A stretch of 64,000 bases of DNA from Fimbriosthenelais zetlandica (taxonomy: Eukaryota). The number at the start of each line of letters is the position of its first letter. Within the stretch, counting starts at the first letter, position 1. The notes beneath the pieces are model-generated. The model was not told the origin of the DNA. It saw only the letters and a list, made by a program, of their open reading frames with translations, and did not search any database. Below are positions 22,401-36,700 of this stretch, one piece after another. The translations under genes were made by a program, and so were the position numbers. The DNA is taken from the NCBI GenBank assembly GCA_977030845.1, contig OZ365118.1:19344001-19408000 (forward strand), given 5' to 3'.

Positions 22401-25400
22401 GTGTTAATAAAAGCGGCAAGTGGTACAGTTCCCATCACATGGGTTCCACCTGAGGATAATTACACGTTAGGAAAGTGCCCTGTCATATATATCTTTAGAA
22501 ATTAGCTATATTTTCAGTTCCAATTACATTGAAAAATGACTGTTGTGCGATGATTACAGCCTGGCTGAGTTATCTTTGCGTTTTGCACCAGCCAGTTCTG
22601 ACCCTGGTCAGGGGCTCTGACCCCATGTCACGGGGTCATGAGGTAAAGGTAGTGGACAGCGGAAGGACACACAGTATCAATGGCACGCGCAACGTTCGCG
22701 CCCTGCACTTCTTTTATTCAGGGGAGGGTGGCGACGGGCGAGAAGAAACAAGAGAATCTTGTTCCACGTTTGCTCGATGGCGATTTATCTTGTCTAGGTG
22801 GCCGGGGTTAAAGCATAAAGGAAAACAGGCGAAAAATAGCCACAATGTGGGGTCGTCCCAAGGTCCCCACCAGCGGCTTTTGTGTGAGCATACAATGGGT
22901 TACATAATGGTGGCTGGGAACAGGATGTCTAAAGGAATGGTGAAGCTGGTAGAAACATGCAAAGGTAATGTCTTCTGACATGGTAGATATTGTGATGGAT
23001 GTGATGAGGTTATTCCCTCCTTAGTCATTCCTTCACACCAATGTACATGTACATGTATTCAGTGAATGCAAGAAATAGCATCCAGAAGCAAATCTATCTT
23101 AAACGTAAGAATAGATTGAAAGCTACAAACAGCATTGATATATAATTCATTTCCTTATAATAAAATTTGGAAAGAAATGAAACTACATGTACTTATGTAC
23201 AGATAGTTCATCTTCATACATTTAATTGCATATATTACTTTTTAAAACGAGCCTACTTTCATTTTCACAGCATGAATCTTTTAGACACTTAAATGTTACA
23301 TGCAAAGGTCAGACATCCATTAGTAGTTTAAAAAAAAAATTTATTGTCCAATAACAAAAATAACCGTTTTGCACCCCATCCTTTTTGACGCGCCTAATGG
23401 AGAGGAAAGTAAAGCAGGTTGCATGAATTATATTGCCCTTCCGTCTTGTGACATATGACATGTTAGTGTTCCACTGACTCATTATTGGGCAATACTTGAC
23501 AAATTTTCTATAATAAAACACTGTTATCAGAACTTTGGGCGTAAAGCATGAAAACAAGGGACGCATCTGCTGTAATGTAGGAACAGATGCTTTTTGTAAC
23601 ATGCATGTGAGGCCACAGATTGAAAGTCTGGGATATTCTAAGGACTATAAGTGATGCTCTTTATAATTTTGAGGCTCACTTCATAATAGATAACATTACA
23701 GTAGATTATGCAACTCGGCCTGAAGTACTTTCTTCCCTGTGCTCTGGAGTAGGCTGTATTTGCCCATTCCCCCTACCATCGCCCTCCACTCACCCCCACC
23801 CTCCTATAGCTGAAGCTGAACTATCCCTCCCTCCAGCCATCCTTTCCTCATCCACCCAATCTTTCCTCCCAAAAGGGAGAAGTGGAAGAGATGGGAATAA
23901 ACAAGCAATGGGCAACAATTATTTGGTGAAGAACTTCAAAGTCGTAAGGAAACAATGGTGGTGAGAGAGTGACCAAGCCGGTCCCATACACAATGAGACA
24001 GTGGGTCCATAATACCATCTATAGGTGTGTATTGGTAGTGGTGGAGGCCATCTAAAGGCGATCTATTAGAACCAAGAAGGAAGCTATATGGCTGAGATGG
24101 GACCTGTAGAGATTAGAGATGTTATTCTAGGGCTGCTGTCCTTTCTCTTCACCTAATGGCTTCCTGTTTGGCTTGGCGGGCTCACCTGTGATGCGAGGCC
24201 GCCGGTTAACTATGATATCACTACTAACACTAGTGTGATAATTGTCACGACCAACGTCATGTATAACCTCAAATTACTCCCCTCCATTTGAGGCATTCTC
24301 TAAGACAGAAAGGTGGCAGAAAATCAATATTGACTGCACTAGTTAAATATTGACTCTGATGGTCAAAGATATGCAGTTTGAAATTCAGTTGGAAACCAAT
24401 TGATTAGTCCACTGTTTCATTTTAAACAAGTCCAGATCGGTTAAGATCCATTGAGGAAAATCGTTGATGAGAACTTGGTAATTTCAAGTAAGCCAAATGG
24501 TTTGAATATTTGTGGAGCCCCATGAGTGTACCCTTATATAAAATAACTCAGGGTTGCCTTCAGTGGTTTAATCCCTGCTGTCACATTCAAATTTATCAAC
24601 TCTTTAATCAAGAGAGAGGTGTATATTTAAACCTAAGTCTGGAATGTAGTTGTTTCACAAATAGTAGCATATACTGTTGATTTATTTAGGGTTAAACATA
24701 GAGATATTTAGTTTGTGATACCCGCGGTTATTAGGGTATCAGGCTGGTGCTACCAGGTAGAACCCCAACTCCGGATATATCAAATACTTAAATTTAAGGG
24801 CTCCACATCCGTAAATCTATCAACAAATTCAAAAATCACAGCGAGAGGAATCTCAGATAGCCCGTATTATTGAGGAATGTAGCGGGTGGGTTGTTTGAAG
24901 TGAGCAGGGTACCACCATCTGTACATGTACCCCTCACCCGGCATGTACCTACCCCTATGTACCCCAGCATGGGGTATGACCGAGGGTTACATGGTCAGTA
25001 TTCACGTACATGGAGGGTCATTAGCAGGGTGGTAGATGAGGGAGTGACCACTCATCATCACCACACCTTACACTGACCATTACTCGTGTTCACCACTCCC
25101 TTTTTGCCCCCTCTTCATCACTGTAAAACTTACCTTTTTTGGAACAAATTTCTGAGGTAGATTTCCCCATCTATAGATTCATCACATAGATCCTGTAGAT
25201 TCCCCCTGATATGTGCTTAGTATTCATAGGAGATAGACAGTTTCAACTGTGAAGTATTTTAACGATTTCAGCAGCAAAATTAAAGATATAAGAAGCTTCT
25301 CAAAGTTACCTTTTGACCAACATGATACCTTAATTAACTAGATTTCTGATATATCAAGTCTATTACATGACTCAAGATGCCACTAAATTCTTGATTATTT

Positions 25401-26542
25401 ATCTCATAGATAAATCTCGAAAGATGTTATTCACCAATTTCTGACAATATGCGGGGTTGTTTATACCGAGTTTTGAGTGTAGAATGTATCTATTCTCCAC
25501 CCCGCCAGCCATGTTCACCCCCACCCATCCCCCTACAGGCTTCTTTTTCTACTAAATGCTAGTTGAAGCATTAATGACGGGAATTGGCGGCCACGTGGCG
25601 GCGTCCCTACCCTTCAATTAAACCCCGGTCCCACTAAAACTTTAACCCCGATTCTCTGAACCCAAACATGCCCTTCATGCACAGCTTTTACTCTATAGCT
25701 TTGATTATGCATTCTCATATTTTTCTTCTCTTTGTATTGAATCGAAATATATGTTATTATGATCTTGTCCATGAAAATATCTTTGTGTTAAGAAACATGC
25801 AGGATACTATTTCAAACTCGTATGAAAGAATTCCTTTTGATTGCAACTTTGAACTTCGAAATGCTTTACACATCATGAAGCATTTGGCAGGAAATTATAA
25901 ACTGCCTCAAAAATTCAAATCAAAAGAGTTTGTAAAGTGTTAAAGAAAAGAGAAGTGTTGACGTCTAGAACAATAGACTTAATTCCCAGTACAATAGAAT
26001 GAGTATCCCAGAAATGAAGGGCGCCATTCTGACACAGCCTCCATCAAACATGCGACTGACATTTCATTGAAAAGAGACAAAAGATATTTATTTTAGATTA
26101 TTAAATAGTGACATGCGTCGACATGAAATATGACTAAAATTATATTTATGTTAGAAACTGATATTCGAAATAAAAACACTGCCTGAATCACATGACCACT
26201 ATGACATGGTCATAGTAATTGGGTCCAAGCAATAAAAATAAAACGTATAATTCCATAGGTTTGATTTATTGCCTCCCTCCCCACCCTCCTTCACTTTTGT
26301 GATAAGTCAATTGTACAATCAATACCTCAATTAATATTGGTGTTTTATATGAGTAATTCAAACTGAGGGGATATAGAACTATAGGTGTGTATGACACACC
26401 GAGGTGTAATGGAAGCCCTGATTCAGTGAGTCAGTCCTGTAGTTCAGTCATTGATTCCACACCTCATACCTGCTAATTGCTGACACTAATTATCAGTATT
26501 AGCCTCATCTCCTCACCTTCCACAGTTCTTACTCCATTCACC

Positions 26543-26765
26543 CTGACGCTTCTACACGTCCTGACGCCTGTACGCGATCTGACGCCTGTACAAGGCCTGA
26601 CAAACATCCTCCCAAACATTCAATATATGATGCTCAAATAAGCCCTGTATCTGCCCCACCTATCTCTTACAGAATAGGTGTAAAGATCACCACAGCTGGC
26701 GCCTGTAGCCTAACGAAGCTTCCCCCAGGAGAAGGCCTGGCTACAGGCGTCAGTATAAGCGTCAG
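26543..26765. repeat. Small element with 18-bp direct repeats (ctgacgcctgta core) and inverted copies; MITE-like remnant or structured element
   Basis: Direct units at 26543, 26561, 26579 and 26597; a 15-bp inverted pair at 26696-26710 / 26739-26753; and taagcgtcag at 26756-26765. Confidence 0.55.
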
Positions 26766-27829
26766 AGACCATCCCTCTCATTGTGTGCATGAACGCTTAC
26801 CATCAAGTACTGTCAATGAGTGTCCTTCAACGGGGATTAAAAAGTTGAGAAAACCCCCTTGGGGATCCTTTGAATCATTAGAGCAAAAATTAAGCATATT
26901 ACGTAGCTCTGACGTAGATATCTTTTGGCGGGAGCTTTTGTCCTCTTTGGAACTCTCACTAATCAGGGTTTCGGTTGCCATAGAAACGCATCTGTCGCAT
27001 TCGGCCTGAGAAACCCTAAAAAAAATGTCCAGAATATGAAAAGGTCATTGATTTGTAATAGACTGTGAAGGAGGGGATTTTTGACAGTGTAGACTATAGA
27101 AAATGGTCACTTATAGACAGAGATGTGGATATCAAAACAAAAGATCTCAACGGCAGGCTAGGGTGGGTCTTTGATTAGAGGTGGGGTTTCTTTGCTGAAC
27201 TATCATAAAAATGCCCAGCCTGCTCCGACTAGAGACACCACCTACTGGTCGTACGGTACTAGCTGCCGTGCATTATGGGAAACGTCTAGACAAAAGTCAT
27301 TACTGACAGGGCAAGACAAATGATCCTGAATTTACCCCATTACAACCCACCCACCCACCGTCCTCACCCCACCCCCACCAACCCCAAACACCGAACCCTA
27401 GATCGTGATTGAAAAGGTCTCAATTACCGTACTGCTCCTTATAGCTACCCGGTGATCTAATGAACCCCAACTCATTTTATCCCTACAGATCAAGGGATCA
27501 CCAAATATGTTTATAATATTTTATGAATGATATTAGGCACCAATCTGGGTGAAGCATCTTGAATAAAATCATATAAGTATGGGTCGTTTATCAGGGTGAG
27601 TACGGTAGTCATTTGAGAGCTGGCCAAGCATGGAGTGTAGCACCAGCCGGGGGGCCTGTGAAGGTAGGAGAAGGGCACTAAAGATCTACCGTAGATGGTA
27701 GAAAGCTAACACCTCCCACACCTCCCCCACAGCGAGTCAAACACCCAGATATGAACAATTAAAATTAATTATCAGCCCAGCTCTAATTACACCAGTAAGT
27801 CTGAGCCTGATAAAACAGCTTGTAGATCG

Positions 27830-27864
27830 TTTGAACTTATTGAAATATTTGAACTTATTGAAAA
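27830..27864. repeat. 18-bp tandem duplication tttgaacttattgaaa..
   Basis: Directly visible. Confidence 0.75.
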
Positions 27865-30499
27865 AGTTAGCTTCAACAAATCGCTGAACCCTCGATCTGG
27901 GCGAGTTGAATATTTGAAAATCAAAGTTAACGACAGGGTAAACGATAGTTAAGGGTCAATGATTTTGGTCACAATTTTTATTTAGAAAATTTAAATTCCA
28001 GAGATAATTGCCCTTATATATGACAACAAAATTGTCTGTATTGCTTCAAAGTAACAAAGTCCCCTGGAAAAGATAGTTTCTGAGAAGCGTGTCTTAATTT
28101 ATGACATCAAATATTGGCTGTATTTCTTCAAAGAAGACTTAGAAGTAGCCAGTAGTGGTCAATACATGCCCAGAGCAGCATGTCTGACCAGATGACTCCT
28201 GTCCTCGGGGTGTTCCTCTGGTCATTTGTTACTGGTTGGTGTGTACTTGATCACTGACAGCCTGATGGATGGACGGATATATTTGGCCTCACTATCCATC
28301 TCGCCTCTTGACCAATTCAAGTGGTCAGATTTATGTGATGGGAATCTCTGCCTGGGAAAATCTCCCCAATCTAATAACCCACCGACCACTGGAGTATTGC
28401 ATACTACTTTAATCAGAAACAATCTCATATTGTGCGCACCTGTTTCTAAATAATACTTCTGAAGTTTTAAAGGAAATATATCTTTATGAAAGGTATTTAT
28501 GGAAAGAAGTATTTGAGAAGTAATCATAAATCATGATATTATGTAATATATAGGGATTTTATATAGAGGATTTTATAACTTTTCTGGCTTAGAGGCAGGT
28601 AGATGTTGAGGCTGGGTAGACCTATTATCTCAGACATAATAGTACGCTTCCTCTAGGCCTATACGTATTAATGGCCATTGAAGTTTTAAATCTAGAATTG
28701 AGGATCTCTGGCTATAAATCTAGTGAAACTGAATGTGACATAAATGTCAGAATTCGTTTCATCGCTTTTAGTTTTAAACATCGGGAGGAAACCAGCCCAT
28801 TCATCTCTTTACATAAAAAATCCCAACCGCTTATTATAAGCTAAAAAAAGAAGACATAGAAGGACCGGGAATAGACATTAGATACAAGACAATGAGCTTT
28901 CCCACACATACAAATGATACCCTATCTGGTCTAGGCATCTCTACCCACCAACTTATTTTCTGCTTCCAGCTAGGACATATTGGAAAATGAGCCAGTGTTA
29001 ATGTGCAATGGGCGGGAGCAGGGAACATACGGACCTTGCCTTTCAGCCCTATATTATACCCCCAGGCTCAATTGGCAGCTTTGCAATATCCCTCAATAGT
29101 TGCACCGTTCTTACCCCTAAACCCATTACTCGGATTTCACGTACCCATGTTAAGTCCTCATTTTATCAGGATTTAAATGAAAAATCTCCGCCTTGAATCG
29201 GTCAATTCTGAAAGCGGAGATTTTCTCGGTGCTGGGCTTTCTTTTGTCACTTTTGACAGTTGCCTTATAGATTGCATGCTGCGGCATATTGCTCGGCAAA
29301 AGGTTACTTTAGCTGGGTCGTGACCTTCCGGAAGTACTTCCCTGAGATGCCGCGCAGACGCCTTGAGGCGCTACCCGACTAAAGGCGGCGCCGGGGTGTA
29401 GACATATTGTTGGAAAAATTAAAACCCTTTTCCTCGCCCGAAAAAATCATGGCTCGGGTTTCAAACTTGGCTGACATGTCACGAAAGGGAGTGACCATAT
29501 TGGTCATGACGTCCAAGCTACCAGGAGCAAGACATCACTTACTGAGAAGTTAATACCACTTCATGATGTGGCCTTTGTCATGGGGCCATGTGAGTGGCAA
29601 GTTAAGCCTGGTTCTATGACAGGACCTGCCTCATCTATATCCTATTTCTTACCTCATGAGTTTCTTACATTATCTGACCATCAAAATCCGTAACTCATTT
29701 GATACCCAGACCCTTTCCCCTGCAATACCCAAGCTCAAAATGACCTAAGAATTTTAACATGGGCATATGAGGGGTAAACTGCATGGATTGCAAAAATTTA
29801 CTAGTGGAATAGTGAAGGAAAGTAAGATTTCCAGGTAACTGAGCATTTACCTGCGGTTGAGATAAAAGCATACATTGAGCTCTGGTTACAGGAGATCCGA
29901 GCAGTGACCAGTGAGGAGAGGACCTCACGAACGTCCTGACCATCAAAGCTGTAGACAACATGTAATTACTGACAAGATACACATCTCACATGTCCTACTA
30001 AAATGTTTAACCACCAACCCCAATAACCCCCACAACCCCAACATGGATCCCGGCCATTCTCACGAGCTCCAGTTACACCCTGACCAGAGGCGATTTAATT
30101 ATAATATATAATCTCCCTCCTTACCCTCCCCCGCTACACGATCATCCATCAAGAACTGAGGTGAAATTAGACAGCTATTGATAGACTCTGATAAAATAAA
30201 CTTATCAAATGTCCCTGGATGTAGAAAGGTCATAAAGTGGTAAGAACCTAGCTGTCAACACTGTGAGAAAGTCTCCCTAATTTACTGTATTCTAAAAGAT
30301 GCTTGAGGACATGGGTTATTGTATTAAAGGTTTCTGTTGAAGGAAAAATGATTTAATGTATATAGGAATACCCATACTGAACCCTCTTGTGCTTTAATTT
30401 ATTTGGAATGGCAGATACGAATAGACTTAGAAATAAATTAAAATATATTGATTTGTGATATAAAATATATTGAAGGAAGAAGCAATAGAACATATTAAT

Positions 30500-30715
30500 A
30501 TGAAGACAGAAAGAAGGAAGGGAAGGAGTAGGAGGATCGGCCAAAGGAAGGAAGGAAGTTCAAAAAGGAGATGAAATGATTGGTTCAATTCAGGAAAGGG
30601 AAAGTAAGAGTCTAGTAGGGAGAAGGAATAGGAATGAGGACAAGAGAAAGAGAAGAGATAAGAAGTAAAGTTATATAAAGAGACATGTTGAGAGGAGTTA
30701 TAAGGAGTTTAGAGT
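30500..30715. repeat. Purine-rich low-complexity tract ((aagg)n / (aga)n-like)
   Basis: agaaagaaggaagggaagg...ggaaggaaggaag...gagaaagagaagagataagaag. Confidence 0.6.
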
Positions 30716-33700
30716 AGTGGTCTGATCATGTTACCCATGCTGAGCACACATCCTGTCCTCACACGGGACATCCCTGTCACCGTCCTCACCACCATATGAA
30801 TACCACCTGTAGTCTGATCATGTCGGCATGTGTGGGAAACACTCTCACATACATTACTACCCTACACATACTATACTAATATAGAATATTGTCAACTGAA
30901 AAAAGGTCACAGTTGTCTTACATGCTGTGTCGGTTACAGTGCACATTCCTGTACACAGGAAATGTAACCATATGAGTCCCATATACTCAGGATGTAGCCT
31001 TTCCCTTTTCAGAGACTATTCTTTACAATGGGTTCCTCTGGGACATGAGTGATGCACTGCCCCTTAATTCTAGCTTTTGCAGAGACTTAGCCATACAATT
31101 TAAAACAAGTGAAATTTAAGACGGGATTTATTGAATTGTTTGCCACTGAAATCCGGCCAGTAAATATTGGTTAGAGAAAGTAATTTTTACCTGGGGATAA
31201 TCTTTGTGTTCAAATTGCCCCTTTCTTCCAAGTTTAAGTGCCCGTTTTTATTGATGAGTGGCCCTCTCCGCTTCCCCATATTGCAAGTCAAAGGTCAAGA
31301 TAGATCATTATAGATTAGAAGGTGAAAGCTGAACCATCCCCAATTATCAGGCCATGGTGGGCCAGGCTGGAGGTCAGCAAATCTTTGATTTCAGACTCGG
31401 AAGATTTATAGCAATGTCCGCCCGAGCGTGACAATGGAATGTACTTGACGGCTAACACAAATATCTGCCACCTTCCATTTGTTGGTGCGACTTGTGGGCA
31501 GGGAGGGCTTGAGGTGCTGAATGCAGAATGCACAACCCCGGGGAGGCATGGGGCATTAAAGTATACCCTCCTCCACTTACACAGCAACGACCAAATGCAA
31601 GGGCTGTCCCTGAGTACAAAAAACCCATGGAACAAGGTGTTTTTCTCAATGCATTTTTATACCTATTTTATGAGACCAAAATAGGGAAATTATGTATAGA
31701 TGCTTTTCAAAATCATAGCAGGTATGATTAAGGTTCAATACAAGCTGCCTTCTTGCCTTAGAATTGAAAATTAACCCCATATCAATCTATTGATGTGACT
31801 TAGATAAATTCTGTAGAAATTGAAAAGTATCCCCTTTCTCAAGTCAAGAAAGGCAAGGCATCCAATCTATCTTGGAGAGACTGACCGGGGATGGGAGGTA
31901 GGGGTCTATAGAGACTGGACACCGGCCAGTCCATTGATCTACCGACCATACCTTTGTACTGGTATAATTGTTATAATTGCCCCATTGTCGCCGACACACC
32001 TACAATTATGCCATTGTCTGCCAGCCACCATCTCCAGGCATGGAGCGATATAGACCCAACTACTACATATACCCTCCAGACATGTTAAAAAAAAGTGTTG
32101 ACGGAGAAATATTCATCAAGTTCCTACTACCGTTTCTCAGTCAGATTTGTCAGTTAAAGGATGGCTATATTTAAATATAGCAGCATATTCTGACATTCCA
32201 TTGAAGCTGATTCCCCGTGGAATGGTGACTGTGGGAAAGTGACTTGTCTCAGTGTCTTCCCCCTCTGGCTTTGACTTCCAGCGCTCCAGGCGGTGTCCAA
32301 GACAGGTAAAAACTAGCACCACGAGCTCACGTCCCCAGAAAAGAGAGAAAGAGAGGCGAGCCCTGGGCATTGAGGCTAGTTGTGTAATATATCAATGAGT
32401 TCTCACTCATCTTTTGTACATCACTAAGTAAGCTGTGACGCCCCGGCCATGAATCCCCCAGGTCCGTGTTGTATTTTACCCCCTGCCCCTCTACTACTAT
32501 AGCAGAACCAATGAATCAGTCTCGGCCCTGGGAATTTTTTCAAATAATGTTTTCATCTGTGATGGTGTCTGCCTGTCGGGGGTCTACTAGAGGAGAACTC
32601 ACACTCTCCTTCTAGGATGTCTTTGACACTATTCCCCATCATTTCCCCAGTTAAAAACTGAGGTTTTTCCACCACATTTTCTCTGATGAATGAAATCCTA
32701 AGTTTCATTGATATTCTGAGACAAAAGACAAAGGAAGCTATAAATGAAGTATATAAAATGATAGGTATAATTAGACCAGTGTTAAGATTACATCTAATAA
32801 ACCAACTGTAGCCATGAATAGCAGTAGATTCTTTATACCCTAACTGTACCTGGATACAAAGACACTGACCCAATTGTTCGCCGGTACATGAATGCGTATA
32901 TGTAGATTGCATGCAGTTAATTGACTGTTAATTAATTAGTACGCAATCTGGACCGGTGGAGGGGAGAAAACCGTACAATTATGACATCTAATGATACACT
33001 ACTACATGTAGGTCTGACCCGAGGGTGCTTCCCAGGTCCAGGCTCCTCACTCGGTAAGCCCATGGGCTGCTGAATAAACTTAGGAGTTTCTTAAAATTAA
33101 ATAAGACTTTCATGCATAGTCTGTGCTGATTTTTTTCTGCCATTGATTATATGCAATGTATGAATATTAACATAAAACAACGTATATTAATCTGGAACAG
33201 GTACATATTTGTATAAGTCCCATAAAATCTTTTTTCAATTTCTTTATTATCTAATAAGGAAATTGCCTCAGGGCTGGAGTGAGTTTATAAAATGCCGCAT
33301 AACCATATTGTAGTTGATTGTACCAGGTCTTTGTGTGGAGCATAATTTGCGGTTAAGGTGTGTGGGTGAAAGGTCCATATTAATAACCAACATACGTTAA
33401 TTTGATACAAAATATCAAAATGAGAATGAGTCATAAATTGCCTCATACAAACATATCGCGATAACATGAGTCTCCCGGCCCATGCACCTGCCTCTATATA
33501 GACGCTGATAAATGAAATCAACTGACCACAGTTGGAATGGATTTTAACGCTCTGATAATCAGAAGAAATGTGACAATGGTGGGTAGACCTGTGGGTTAAC
33601 ATTGACATTGTCATGGTGCAGGGACATGCTGGAGACACATGAATACTGGACGAGAACACAGCTAGAATAAATACCACCTGACACATTCATACACGTGTTT

Positions 33701-36700
33701 ATATTGTCCAATTAGTAAGTCATTTAGTGCATTTGATGACTGGAATTCAAGAGGGAATCAAAGCTTCAAAGTTGGGGCGTGAACTAAACGTAAATGTATT
33801 CAAATAAATCATTCCATGATTTCAAAATTCACAAGTGCAGTTCACTGGGAGATACTTGTGACTATATTACAGCCATATGGACTATCTGAAAGTCATTCAG
33901 ATATATTTTAAGCCCAAGAAATCCAATTTAATTAGGAAAAATAGTTGGAGAAGGCCTTAAGGAAATTGTTCAAATCAATTGATGATGATAGATCGATACA
34001 TCCTGCCAATGAATAGCCGGGACAGGATGAAATCAGAAGTAGAGAGGATGAAGAGAAATCAATTAAGATTTAAAAAAGATATTTCGCCAGTTGAAATCCT
34101 CTGATTCCCAACAACTGGCAGAATCCAATTGTGAATGACAAGTGTGAGCAGTGAGTGTAGAGTAGAGGCACCTGGTGTGATGGTCAGAGATTAAGGTGGA
34201 GGGGGATGATAGGGGCAGGTATAGAGTGGGCATTACTGTCGGCTTTACGGCCTGATTAGAGAGAGATTAACGTGTAGTGATGTACTGTAGTAAATTACAG
34301 TTATACTGTAACAGATGGACGCCTGTAATGGCATCCCTGGCTGGGTGGGCGGGGGGTGCGTACAATATACGATCGGTTACGTTTAATACACCTGCAGAAA
34401 AAACCTCCCGATTCACCCAGCTGTTTTTTTATGTAAGGGAATGTTTCATAGAATGTTGCGAGGGATGTCTGGAAAGTCCTTTAAAAACAATCAGACCCCT
34501 GGATATGTGATTCTCCTTCTAAATCTCATATCATTGTTAGGCTTGCCTGGACTGAAAATATATTCGGATTTTGGTCCTGGAAACTTATTTTCTCCTAGAA
34601 ACACCCAGGCCTTTTGCTCTCCCCTAATGCTATAGGAACCATGTGAGTTTTCCCCCAAGAATCTTGTTTAATTGGAGACCATCTCAAAAAGATACACTGA
34701 CTATATTCCCTACCTTTGCCAAGGCTTATATGACTTGTTTATTTTTTATGAATCGCCCCCTATTTTATGTGAGTAATGTGTGATCATGGGTAGTGGGGGT
34801 AGGGTAGGTGAGAGGGCTCCATATCATGCCCCTGGCTATCAGATACTATACCTGCATCTAACCATGAACCTAACATCATGTTAGATACAATGTGACTCCT
34901 CCATTTTGTGCCTGTCACTCAGCCCTCACACCCATGTCTTATACAAGGCCGACACATCGCTACACACACACCCATGAACAGGTGTTCAAGCATGGTCACA
35001 AAGCTGGCTGAATCTTCCCTCTATCATACTCCATTGTCCACACACATTACCATGACAATCCCGCCCTTGGTTTCACTCCTCCATTCTCCCCGGGGGGAGG
35101 GCCTAACTTGGCAAATCATTAAAAGAAGGACTGTGAATTTTCAGTTGGGAGCATTATGGGTTCATTGGAAGTTAGGGACGCGCGATGCGACGTCACGTTC
35201 AGAACACTCGACGCCGCCTCCTTACGTCACCTAAAGAACAGCCCTCCTGGCCTTCACTGTCCTCCCTCTCTGTCCTTCTGTCCAGGAGTCAGGAAGGAAC
35301 CAACAAAGCTTAACCAGGCTTAATCATTGAGTGCATTGAGATGGACCAGTGTAGCTTTAATGTGTAACGTACATTATAACTGCCATACAAGGCATGCAAC
35401 TGACGATTGTTAAACGTACAATATATATGCATGTCCAGAGACCGGTGACCTATGGTCAGTTGATGATGACCATTACTCTGAGATGCCAGATGAATGATGT
35501 GTGTAGACAAGTGTTGAGGATGTCCATTATACTGAGCTGGACCTGTCAGGTCTGAGACTGTAATTACTAGATCTCTATCACTCCCCACTAATACATTTAT
35601 ACCATGCACTGTCCCAGAGAAAATGTCACAATGTCGTGACCATGCTTTCTCTAATTGTCACGTCACAATTAATACTGAAAAAAGTTGTCTTGGTCACTTT
35701 GAAGTCACAATGAAACGAGTAACATCCTCGTTAAGGCTTCTGAGTACGTCATAAGTGTACTGTCTCAATTTTGGGGCTACATAATTTATCATTTTCTATT
35801 TTGGCAAGATTGACCAGATTCCCAAGAAAATACAATGTATGCATTTGTGTGAAGTGAATAATTGTTATAATCTAAGAGGGTGGGTGGTTATAGGTTGTAA
35901 GGTATATTTTATGGTGTAAAGTTGAACTTTTAAGTCCATGGGTCAGTGTAGACTATAGGGGCGGAGAGACCATCTAAATGCCTCACAGGGATTTGCCCTC
36001 AACAACTTCTCTCACATGAACTTCTGCTCCCACCAGATTTCCCTATAAATTATCAGTCCACCTGGACCTTCCTCAGTCTTGATTCTTAAAAGAATTATAA
36101 CCAAGACCAATTTTATTTTTGGGAAATAATATCTTAATCATAAAATTAATCGGATTTAGATCCAATTCAAATAAATCCCCTTGAAAATTTGAATTTTAAC
36201 TGGCCAGTGCTCCCTTCATCCGTAAATGACCATCCTCTAATTGCTGCTTAACCCGATGAGTCGTTTAGCAGAAACCTTAAACTGCTCTGTGTGTTTTCTT
36301 TCTCTGGTTTTATTTTCCTCAATTTCTTGGCAATTTAGATATGATTCATGACATGATAAGGCAGATAAAGGGAGGAGATGATACCGGGCCGTCCACACAC
36401 CTGGATCTATATAGCGGGGTATCTGATAAGGCGGGGTAGAGGGAGTGTGACAGGTGAGTGACAGGTGGTAATGGTGAGCTGTACAGGTAGAGACCACACC
36501 TGTAATCAGGTGTATAGACCTGGGAGGCTGTGTCCTCCTCACCTGGCGCTGTGTGTCACTTTTTCAGCCATGTCTCTCCTATCACCAGTATTGTGTATCG
36601 CTCATTTACAGCCTGCTATAATGTATTTCTCTCATGCTCGATTTCATGCATGTACCCAATGCGTTCATCTAGGCCTAATAAACCTAGCCTAGTGAACACC

